From the NCBI GenBank assembly GCA_039934635.1, contig JBDTLT010000001.1, forward strand, positions 66,315 through 130,314: 64,000 nt of DNA, written 5' to 3'. Below are positions 44,526 through 52,250 of this stretch, one piece after another. A program made the position numbers and the translations under genes. Each line of letters opens with the position of its first letter. Position 1 is the first letter of the stretch. Below the pieces are notes generated by a model. The model was not told the origin of the DNA and did not search any database. It was given only the letters and a program-made list of their open reading frames with translations. Source of the DNA: Acidimicrobiales bacterium. GTDB lineage: Bacteria; Actinomycetota; Acidimicrobiia; Acidimicrobiales; WLNW01.

Positions 44526-45698
44526 ATGGAGTTCGGTTGGAGCGCCGAAGCACTACAGCTGCGAGATGACGCGCGGGCGTTGTTCGGCGAGATGGTCACC
44601 GATGAGGTGCGCGCCCGTGTGCGGGAAACGGGTACGCATGACGATTCGCGGGTCCGACGGGCGCTCGCCGAAAAAGGCTGGTTGAGCGCGCATTGGCCAC
44701 CGGACGAAGGGGGTCGAGGCTGGGACGGTCTCACCGTCGCCGCGCTCTTCGACGAAGCGGGCCGGAGCGGCGCACCCTTCGAGGGCTATCTCAACACCAT
44801 GCTCGTCGCCGAGTTGCTGCGGCGCGTCGGTAGCGAACAGCAACGGGCCGAAGTCCTCCCTCGGCTCGTGCGGGGCGAGGCCCTCGTGGCGCTCGGCATC
44901 AGCGAGCCCGAATCCGGATCCGATGCCGCCGCCGCCAAGCTGCGCGCCGAACGAGACGGTGACGGCTGGCGACTGGACGGGCAGAAGATGTTCACGACGT
45001 TCGCCGAGGTAGCCGACTACGTCCTAGTTCTCGCCCGCACGAATCCAGACGTCGCGAAGCATCGCGGGCTGACGACCTTCCTCGTACCCACGCAGAGCGA
45101 AGGCTTCTCTTTGGCCCCGGTTGCGACGATGGGTGGTGAGCGCACGAACATCACCTTCTACACCGACTTGTACGTGCCGGATGACGCGCGCGTCGGTGCC
45201 ATCGATGACGGCTGGACGATGATGGGCCTCGTGTTGTCGCTCGAGCGCGGCGTGTTTCCCGTCGTGCCGGGACGCTGCGCGCGGTTGCTCGAACAGGCCG
45301 TCGAATGGGCGCGCTCGCAGCGTGACCCGGTTGGTCGATCTCGCCTCGCCGACCCTGTCGTGCGCGAACAACTGGCGTGGATCGCGATCACCAACGAGGT
45401 GGGACGCTTGCTCGCCCTACGCACCGTGGCGACGCACGCAGAGGGCAGGGTTCCCGTGGTCGAGGGGTCGATGACGAAGCTCTTCACCACCGAGGCGATG
45501 CAGCACGTCGCGGCCACCCTGCTCGACATCGTCGGTGTCGATGGTTTGATCGCGGACGGTTCGGGGGGCGCTATCGGCGGCGGCGTCTTCGAACGCGCCT
45601 ACCGGCACGCCCCACTCGAGACGATCACCGGCGGCACGAGCGAGATCCAACGCGACATCATCGCCACCGCCGGCCTTGGATTGCCCCGCTCGCGCTAG
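44526..45698 (+). CDS. Acyl-CoA dehydrogenase
   Basis: ATG 44526 in frame in track ORF 44166..45698. ALGISEPESGSDAAA, DGWRLDGQKMFTT and TGGTSEIQRDIIA. 390 aa. Confidence 0.9.
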   Translation: MEFGWSAEALQLRDDARALFGEMVTDEVRARVRETGTHDDSRVRRALAEKGWLSAHWPPDEGGRGWDGLTVAALFDEAGRSGAPFEGYLNTMLVAELLRRVGSEQQRAEVLPRLVRGEALVALGISEPESGSDAAAAKLRAERDGDGWRLDGQKMFTTFAEVADYVLVLARTNPDVAKHRGLTTFLVPTQSEGFSLAPVATMGGERTNITFYTDLYVPDDARVGAIDDGWTMMGLVLSLERGVFPVVPGRCARLLEQAVEWARSQRDPVGRSRLADPVVREQLAWIAITNEVGRLLALRTVATHAEGRVPVVEGSMTKLFTTEAMQHVAATLLDIVGVDGLIADGSGGAIGGGVFERAYRHAPLETITGGTSEIQRDIIATAGLGLPRSR

Positions 45699-46897
45699 AC
45701 GATGCCGGACGCGCGCAGGCGGTCGAGCTCGGCGGGGGTGATGCCGAGCTCGTCGCACCAGATTTGTTCGTTGTGTTGGCCGAGCGTGGGCGCGGGCGTG
45801 GGCACGATGGGTGCGGCACCGACGACGCGTGGGTGGGGAGCCTGCTGCACGTGCGGCCCGATGGTGGGATCGTCGATCGTGACGAGGTCGCCGCGCGCGG
45901 CGAGGTGCGCGTTGGCGAATATGTCCGGCGCTCCGGCGACGCGTCCGAATGGCGCGCCGCACGAGAGGCATCGGCGCTCGACCTCGTCGGTGCGCTGCGA
46001 GTGAACCCATGAGGCGACGAGGCCGTTGATCTCGCTGCCGTGCGCGACGCGCGCGTCGCTGGAGGCAAAGCGTTCGTCGGACAGCAGATCCTCGCGATCC
46101 ATGGCCTTCACCAAACGCGCGAAGTTCGCGTCGGACCCACCGACGAGGGCGACGTGATCACCGTCGGCGGTGAGATACACGTCGAGCGGCGCGACGCTCG
46201 ACGGACGGTTGCCTTCGCGATGGCGCTCGACGCCGAGCCTGTCGTAGGCCGCCACCGTCCACTCGGTGAGGCGCAGCGCGGCCGAGTGCGTGGCGAGGTC
46301 GATGACGACCGGTCCGAGCTCGTCGCCGGCGGGCTCGTCGAGCAGCGCCGCGAGCGCCGCGGTCGCTCCGGAAACGCCGGCGAGCTGTTCGGCCAGGCGT
46401 ACGCCGAACGGGACGGGCGGTCGCTCGGGCTGCCCCGTGAGCCCGAGCAGGCCGCTCATCGCCAGAGCGACGACCTCAGGCGCCTCCTGAGCCGCCTCTG
46501 GGCCGGCCTGGCCCCGCCCGCTGAACCGCACGAGCGCCCGTGGCCCTCGGAGCCCCTCGAGGCCGAGGTCGAGCGCCTCGAGGCCCCCGGGCCCGAGGCA
46601 TTCGCCGATGACCGCCGCGCCTTCGAGCAGGCGCCGGGCCAGTGCTCTGCCCTCGGGATGGGCCAGCGCGCAGGTCACGCTGCGCGACGAGCGGGCCGCG
46701 ACGGCCCATGTGAGTGAATGGTCGCCGGCAAAGGGCCCGCGACGACGCAGGTCGTCACCCCTTGCGGGTGCCTCGATGCGAATGACGTCGGCACCCTGCT
46801 CGCCCAGCACCGCGCCGAACATCGACAGTGCGGTGCCGCTGCCGACCAGTACCGCGCGGACGCCCGCCAATAGCGCGTCGTCGGCGTTGGCGATCAC
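45695..46897 (-). CDS. Family III CoA-transferase / racemase family protein (CaiB/BaiF)
   Basis: C-terminal 400 codons of track ORF 45695..47650. The GTG at 46897 overlaps the upstream crotonase stop (GTGA at 46894-46897). LAGVRAVLVGSGTALSMFGAVLGEQGADVIRIEAPARGDDLR has a degenerate N-terminal signature. Confidence 0.8.
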   Translation of the reverse strand: MIANADDALLAGVRAVLVGSGTALSMFGAVLGEQGADVIRIEAPARGDDLRRRGPFAGDHSLTWAVAARSSRSVTCALAHPEGRALARRLLEGAAVIGECLGPGGLEALDLGLEGLRGPRALVRFSGRGQAGPEAAQEAPEVVALAMSGLLGLTGQPERPPVPFGVRLAEQLAGVSGATAALAALLDEPAGDELGPVVIDLATHSAALRLTEWTVAAYDRLGVERHREGNRPSSVAPLDVYLTADGDHVALVGGSDANFARLVKAMDREDLLSDERFASSDARVAHGSEINGLVASWVHSQRTDEVERRCLSCGAPFGRVAGAPDIFANAHLAARGDLVTIDDPTIGPHVQQAPHPRVVGAAPIVPTPAPTLGQHNEQIWCDELGITPAELDRLRASGIV

Positions 46898-47679
46898 ACG
46901 CGCTCGGGGAGTTCGTAGCCTCCGCCGCGCTCGGCGTCGTCGACGCACGCCATGCCTTCGAGCATGATGCCGTAACCGTGGTTGGCGACGAGCAACTGAC
47001 GGATGGTGTGGGTGAAGGCAACGCGGGTGTAGCGAGTGACGAGGTGCGATTGACGCGTGAGTTGCTCGGCCAATTCCCACGCGCGCGGCAACAACTGGTC
47101 GGGCGGCAGCACTTCGTTCACCATGCCGATCTCGAGCGCAGTCCGGGCATCGATCTCTTGACCGGTGAGCATGTAGTAGCGAGCGCGGTTGAGCCCCATG
47201 ACGAGCGGCATGATGAGCTGCATGCCGTCTCCCGGCACTAGGCCGTTCACGAAATGTCCAGAATCGGAGAACACAGTGGTGTCCGAGGCCAAGACGATGT
47301 CGGACAGTAGCGGCGTCTCGGCGTGACGCCACGCCGGCCCGTTGATCGCGGCGATCACCGGCGCTTCTATATCGAGAAGGTTGGTCAGCAATCGCCGCAC
47401 ATTCCAGTGCGCAGAATCCCACCCGCGCGGCGTTGCCCGGGGAAAGGTCGCCGGGCTGCCCTTCGGTCCGTTGAACTCGTCGCCGGTGCCGGTCAGAATC
47501 ACGACGCGGTTCTCGTTGTCGGCGGCCACCGCCCCAAAGGCTTCTTGTAGATCGCGCACGGCGTCCGCGCCCCATCGCAACGGGCCACCGTCGGTGTGCA
47601 ACCGCATTTGCAGAATGCCGTCGCGCCGTTCGAGGTTGATGGTCGCCCATTGTTCGGCGTATGCAGGCGCGCTCGACAT
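46894..47679 (-). CDS. Enoyl-CoA hydratase/isomerase (crotonase) family protein
   Basis: ATG 47679 in frame in track ORF 46894..47868. ATINLERRDGILQMRLH, VVILTGTGDEFNG and PVIAAINGPA. 261 aa. Confidence 0.85.
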   Translation of the reverse strand: MSSAPAYAEQWATINLERRDGILQMRLHTDGGPLRWGADAVRDLQEAFGAVAADNENRVVILTGTGDEFNGPKGSPATFPRATPRGWDSAHWNVRRLLTNLLDIEAPVIAAINGPAWRHAETPLLSDIVLASDTTVFSDSGHFVNGLVPGDGMQLIMPLVMGLNRARYYMLTGQEIDARTALEIGMVNEVLPPDQLLPRAWELAEQLTRQSHLVTRYTRVAFTHTIRQLLVANHGYGIMLEGMACVDDAERGGGYELPERV

Positions 47680-47783
47680 GCGATCCCCCGGATGTCGTCT
47701 CCTGTCCCGGCGATCGGAACAGCGGGCCATCTTCACGCCGTGGTGGCGTGGCGTCAAGAAGCGCGTTCGCCTACCGTGACGCG

Positions 47784-48932
47784 GTGGACCTACGGTTCTC
47801 GCCGGCTCAAGAAGCGTTTCGAACCGAAGTCCGCGACTGGCTGACAACGCGCTCGCCGCGGTCGCCACCGCCGGCCGCGGGCCGCGCTCTCGTCGACTTC
47901 CAACGAGCGTGGCAAGCCGAACTCGCGAGCGTTGCGCTGGTTGCGGTGCACTGGCCGCGTGAGTTCGGGGGTCGCAGTCTCGGGTGGACCGAAGCGTTCA
48001 TCGTGCAAGAAGAGATCGCGCTGGCTCACGCGCCCGAGATCGTCAACCGCGTCGCCGTGAATCTCGTCGGGCCCACATTGTTGGAGCACGGCACGGCCGG
48101 CCAGCGCGAGCGTTACCTCCACCGCATCGTCACCGCCGACGATCTCTGGTGTCAACTCTTCAGCGAACCTGAGGCGGGTTCGGACCTCGCGTCCTTGCAA
48201 ACGCGCGCGACGCGCGTTCCCGGTGGTTGGCGCGTGAGCGGGCAGAAGGTGTGGGCCAGCAACGCGCAGTATTCGCGCTATGGGGTGCTCCTCGCGCGCA
48301 CCGCCGACCCAGAGCGCGGTCGCGCGCCGATCGGTTACTTCCTGCTCGACATGGACCAGCCGGGCATCGACGTACGTCCGTTGCGGCAGATGACCGGTGA
48401 GTCGGAGTTCAACGAGGTGTTCCTCGACGGCGCGTTCGTGGCCGATGAGTCGGTCGTCGGCGATCCCGCGAATGGCTGGGCAGTGATGCGCACCACCTTG
48501 GGCTACGAGCGCAGCACGTCGCCCCGACAACTGATCGTGCATTCGGTGTTGCTCGAAACATTGTTGGACGAAGCCCGGAGCGGCGCGACCGACGCCGTGA
48601 CCCGGCAACAACTCGCTCGGGCCTACAGTGAGCTGCGGATCTACCGGCTGCATCTGTATCGGGTGTTGAGCGCGCTCGACGCCGGCCGCGCGCCGGGCGC
48701 ATCGAGTTCGCTCGTCAAATTGTTCTGGAGCGAGATGGCCCAGCGAATGCACGAGACGTCGCTACGCATGCTCGGGCCTGACGCGATGCTCGAGGGAGGC
48801 CGCCGCCAGCGCGACCATCTCTACTACCGTGCGTGCACGATCTTCGCCGGCACGTCGGAGATCCAACGCAACACACTCGGTGAGCAGGTGCTCGGCCTCC
48901 CCCGGGAACCGCGAGCAAAGGTGGCCCCATGA
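47784..48932 (+). CDS. Acyl-CoA dehydrogenase
   Basis: GTG 47784 in frame in track ORF 47661..48932. VDLRFSPAQEAFRTEVRDWL, WCQLFSEPEAGSDLASL and FAGTSEIQRNTLGEQVLGLPRE. Clear paralog of 24615..25802. Confidence 0.9.
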   Translation: MDLRFSPAQEAFRTEVRDWLTTRSPRSPPPAAGRALVDFQRAWQAELASVALVAVHWPREFGGRSLGWTEAFIVQEEIALAHAPEIVNRVAVNLVGPTLLEHGTAGQRERYLHRIVTADDLWCQLFSEPEAGSDLASLQTRATRVPGGWRVSGQKVWASNAQYSRYGVLLARTADPERGRAPIGYFLLDMDQPGIDVRPLRQMTGESEFNEVFLDGAFVADESVVGDPANGWAVMRTTLGYERSTSPRQLIVHSVLLETLLDEARSGATDAVTRQQLARAYSELRIYRLHLYRVLSALDAGRAPGASSSLVKLFWSEMAQRMHETSLRMLGPDAMLEGGRRQRDHLYYRACTIFAGTSEIQRNTLGEQVLGLPREPRAKVAP

Positions 48933-49708
48933 GCGAGCAGCCCGCGATCCTCGTGGAGCATCTCGACTCCGTATCGACGATCACGTTCAACCGGCCCGCG
49001 CAACTGAACGCGCTCGACCCTGACATGGTCGAAGAGTTCCAATCGATCGTGCGACGCGTCGACCTCGAACCGTCGACCCGCGCAATCGTGTTGACCGGCG
49101 CGGGGCGAGCGTTCACCGCAGGTGGCGACGTGCGATCGTTCGGTGCGAAGCACGACCCGCGCGTCAACCGTCGCGGTTGGCATCTCGTGCATCGCATGCT
49201 CGAGATCGAAAAGCCGATCGTCGCGATGGTCAATGGCCCCGCCATCGGCCTCGGGCTCACGATCGCGCTGCTCTGCGACTGCGTCGTCATGGCCGACGAC
49301 GCGACCATCGGCGATCCCCACGTGAACCTCGGGCTCGTCGCCGGTGATGGTGCGGCGGTGGTGCTGCCGCTGCTGATCGGCCCTCACCGCGCCAAGGAGC
49401 TGTTGCTCACGGGCAAGCTCATCACGGGCGTCGACGCGGCGGCGATGGGCATGATCAATCGCTCGGTCCCGGCCGAGGATCTCGAGGCCGCCGCGTATGG
49501 ATTGGCCCGCGAATTCGCCGCACAACCGACCTACGCGGCGCGAGCGACCAAGATGGCGGTCAACCGCTATCTACGGTGGATGGTCGAGCAGACGCTCGAC
49601 GTGTCGCTCGCATACGAGGCGATCTCGCGCGAACTCCCCGAGTATCCCGAGGCCGTCGCAGCCTGGAAGCAACGGCGCTCCCGCCGCAACGACGAACCGC
49701 GAACATGA
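48929..49708 (+). CDS. Enoyl-CoA hydratase/isomerase (crotonase) family protein
   Basis: 259 aa. The ATG overlaps the upstream stop (ATGA at 48929-48932). ITFNRPAQLNALD, IVLTGAGRAFTAGGD and PIVAMVNGPAIGLG. Confidence 0.9.
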   Translation: MSEQPAILVEHLDSVSTITFNRPAQLNALDPDMVEEFQSIVRRVDLEPSTRAIVLTGAGRAFTAGGDVRSFGAKHDPRVNRRGWHLVHRMLEIEKPIVAMVNGPAIGLGLTIALLCDCVVMADDATIGDPHVNLGLVAGDGAAVVLPLLIGPHRAKELLLTGKLITGVDAAAMGMINRSVPAEDLEAAAYGLAREFAAQPTYAARATKMAVNRYLRWMVEQTLDVSLAYEAISRELPEYPEAVAAWKQRRSRRNDEPRT

Positions 49709-50844
49709 CCGCGGCGGCGCCGCTCGCGGGCACGCGCGTCATCGATCTGGGAACCCGTGTCGCGGCGCCCTACTGCGCGGCCATCCTCGGCGAACTGGGC
49801 GCAGATGTGATCAAGATCGAAGACCCGCGCGGTGGCGACATGTTGCGCGGGCTCGGCCCGTTCGCGGATCGATCGTCGCTGTTCTTCGCCGTCGAAGGTC
49901 GCAGTCGTCGTTCGGTCACGTGCAATCTGCGCGACGAGCGCGGTCAAGCGCTGGCGCGCCGGCTCATCGCAACCGCCGATGTGGTGTGCGAGAACTTTCG
50001 TCCGGGGACGCTCGAACGGTGGAATCTCGGTCCGGCGGATCTACCCCCGCAGCTCATCGTGGTACGGGTCTCGATCCTCGGGCAGAGCGGGCCCGACTCG
50101 GCCCGACCGGGGCTCGACCTCACCGCGATCGCGATGGCGGGGTTGCTGTCGATCACCGGATATCCCGATGGTCCGCCGATGAAGTCGGCGGTGACCGTGG
50201 CTGATCATCTCACCGCGGTGTTCGCAGCCCAATCAGCGTTGGCCGCTTTGATCGCACGGCGGCGCACCGGGCGGGGAGCGGTCATCGATGTACCGCTGCA
50301 CGGCTCGGTATTGCGCTGCCTCGAGTCGACGCTCGCCGCCTTCGATCGCCTCGGCGTCGACCGAGCGCGTGCCGGCGACCAAGGTCCCCACGAACCGCCG
50401 AGCGGCGTCTACGCGACCAACGACGGCAACTTCGTCGCGATCGCCATTGATACCGACGACGACCTCCGCTCGTTGCAAGCGGTGTTGGCCGTTGATCACG
50501 GCCGAGATCGACTGCGACCAGTTGTCGCCGACTGGGTTGCTGCGCGCCCGGCCGCCGCGGCGGTGCGCGTACTCGCCGAGGCTCGCGTGGCGGCGGCCAT
50601 CGTGGCGTCGGCGTCGCAGCTCGTACACGACGAGCACCTCGCGGCACGGGGCGACATCGTCATCGTCGACGATCCGATTGTCGGGCCCATGCGTCAGCAG
50701 GCGCCATTTCCCCGCCTCACTTCCGCCGCTGCACCAGTACGCCCGGCGCCGTCGCTCGGTCAGCACAACGAGGACGTGTGGTGCAGCGAGCTCGGACTGA
50801 CGGCGGATGAACTCGCGCGCCTTCGCGGCGACGGCGTGATCTGA
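49705..50844 (+). CDS. Family III CoA-transferase / racemase family protein (CaiB/BaiF)
   Basis: ATG 49705 overlaps the upstream stop (ATGA at 49705-49708), in frame in track ORF 49576..50844. LAGTRVIDLGTRVAAPYCAAILGELGADVIKIEDPRGGD. Confidence 0.9.
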   Translation: MTAAAPLAGTRVIDLGTRVAAPYCAAILGELGADVIKIEDPRGGDMLRGLGPFADRSSLFFAVEGRSRRSVTCNLRDERGQALARRLIATADVVCENFRPGTLERWNLGPADLPPQLIVVRVSILGQSGPDSARPGLDLTAIAMAGLLSITGYPDGPPMKSAVTVADHLTAVFAAQSALAALIARRRTGRGAVIDVPLHGSVLRCLESTLAAFDRLGVDRARAGDQGPHEPPSGVYATNDGNFVAIAIDTDDDLRSLQAVLAVDHGRDRLRPVVADWVAARPAAAAVRVLAEARVAAAIVASASQLVHDEHLAARGDIVIVDDPIVGPMRQQAPFPRLTSAAAPVRPAPSLGQHNEDVWCSELGLTADELARLRGDGVI

Positions 50845-50921
50845 CGCCGACCCCGCATCGATCACGTCCGCTAGATTCAAGGCACGGCCGCGCGGCGGCC
50901 AGGTGCGCGAAAGGAGCGGCA

Positions 50922-51482
50922 ATGGCCGACGAGCACAACGACGACGTGCAATGGCGGGGGATCAACCACCTCGCGCTCGTGACCACTGACATGGATGCCA
51001 CAGTGCGCTTCTACCACGGCGTACTCGGGGCCCGGCTCGTGACCACCATCGGCACGCCGACGTTCCGCCATTACTTCTTCGAGTTCGGCGCGCAGAACAC
51101 AGTGGCCTTCTTCGAATACACCGGTGTCGAGCTCGATACGTTCGCCAAGCCGGCCGGCATTCCCGATCGGCGAGCGTCGCAGTTCGATCATCTGTCGTTC
51201 AACGTGCCCGATGAGCACGCGCTGCTCACGCTGCAGCGCCGACTGAAGGCGGCGGGTTGTGAAGTGACCGACATCGTCGATCACGGCATCATTCGCTCGG
51301 TGTATTTCACCGACCCCAACGGCATCGCCCTCGAAGCGTCGTATTGGACGCTCGACGCCACCGGACGCACTCCCGACTATCAGGACGATCGCTTCTTCGC
51401 CGACCCCGACCCTGTTGCCGCAGTCGCGGAGATTCGCGAGAGCGGCGCGGTGCTCTCGGTGCCTCATACGCATCTGGTCTGA
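50922..51482 (+). CDS. VOC (glyoxalase/extradiol dioxygenase) family protein
   Basis: 186 aa, with AAAGGAG upstream. INHLALVTTDMDATVRFYHGVLG...FDHLSFNV...CEVTDIVDHGIIRSVYFTDPNGIALE shows two VOC modules. Confidence 0.7.
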   Translation: MADEHNDDVQWRGINHLALVTTDMDATVRFYHGVLGARLVTTIGTPTFRHYFFEFGAQNTVAFFEYTGVELDTFAKPAGIPDRRASQFDHLSFNVPDEHALLTLQRRLKAAGCEVTDIVDHGIIRSVYFTDPNGIALEASYWTLDATGRTPDYQDDRFFADPDPVAAVAEIRESGAVLSVPHTHLV

Positions 51483-51485
51483 CGA

Positions 51486-52250
51486 GTGCTCGTCGATGTG
51501 TTGTTCGACCCGTTCGAGGGTTCGTGGGACGACATTCGAGCGGGGGCAGTCGCAGCCGAACAGGCCGGCTTCGATGGCGTATGGCTCTACGACCATCTGG
51601 CGGGGTCGGTACACGGTGCGAGCCGAGTGGTGGAGTGTTGGACAACGTTGACCGCGATTGCTGCGGTCGTACCTCGCATCTCGATCGGGCCGCTCGTGCT
51701 CAACGTCGCCAATCGAGATGCGGGCACCCTCGCGGTGATGGCCGCGACATTGCAAGAAGTGAGCGGCGGACGTTTGCTGCTCGGTCTCGGCGCGGGCGGT
51801 GGTCTCGACACTCCCTACGGCGCCGAGCAGTTGGCGCTCGATCGCTCGGTGCCGGGTGACCGCATGCGGCGGCGCTGGGTCGAAGACGCGGTGTTGCGCC
51901 TTCGCGAAGTGTGGACAGGCGCGCGCGGTGGCGTGTCAGGCTTTCTACGTCCGCAGCCCGCGCCCCCGATCATCATCGGTGGCTTCGGGCCCAAGATGGC
52001 CGAACTTGCCGGACGGATCGGCGACGGCATCAACGCGCCGGGAGGCGCGCATCTCGGCCGCCTCATCACGGTCGCACGCGATGCGCATGCCCGCGCGGGT
52101 CGCGACCCCGACCAGTTCGTCGTGACCGCGTCGAGTGGGGCGCGTGGACACCAACGCCTTGTCGACCTCGGTGTCGATCGTGTGATCATCGCCGTGCGAC
52201 GGCCCTACGCCGACGGGGTCGCGCTGGTGCACTCGGCCCTCAAGGGTTGA
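51486..52250 (+). CDS. Luciferase-like monooxygenase (LLM) family oxidoreductase, possibly F420-dependent
   Basis: 254 aa with GTG start. AAEQAGFDGVWLYDHL, TLTAIAAVVPRISIGPLVLNV and GRLLLGLGAGG follow the LLM TIM-barrel pattern. The cofactor is inferred only from the taxonomic context. Confidence 0.6.
   Translation: MLVDVLFDPFEGSWDDIRAGAVAAEQAGFDGVWLYDHLAGSVHGASRVVECWTTLTAIAAVVPRISIGPLVLNVANRDAGTLAVMAATLQEVSGGRLLLGLGAGGGLDTPYGAEQLALDRSVPGDRMRRRWVEDAVLRLREVWTGARGGVSGFLRPQPAPPIIIGGFGPKMAELAGRIGDGINAPGGAHLGRLITVARDAHARAGRDPDQFVVTASSGARGHQRLVDLGVDRVIIAVRRPYADGVALVHSALKG

Noticed and set aside
45695-47650. A single 651-aa ORF in the track spanning 45695..47650 on the minus strand.
   Set aside because: Only the C-terminal 400 codons (from GTG 46897) look like a real protein, a family III CoA-transferase. 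The upstream 250 codons are Arg-rich shadow sequence. They overlap the genuine crotonase gene (46894..47679), which is in another frame.
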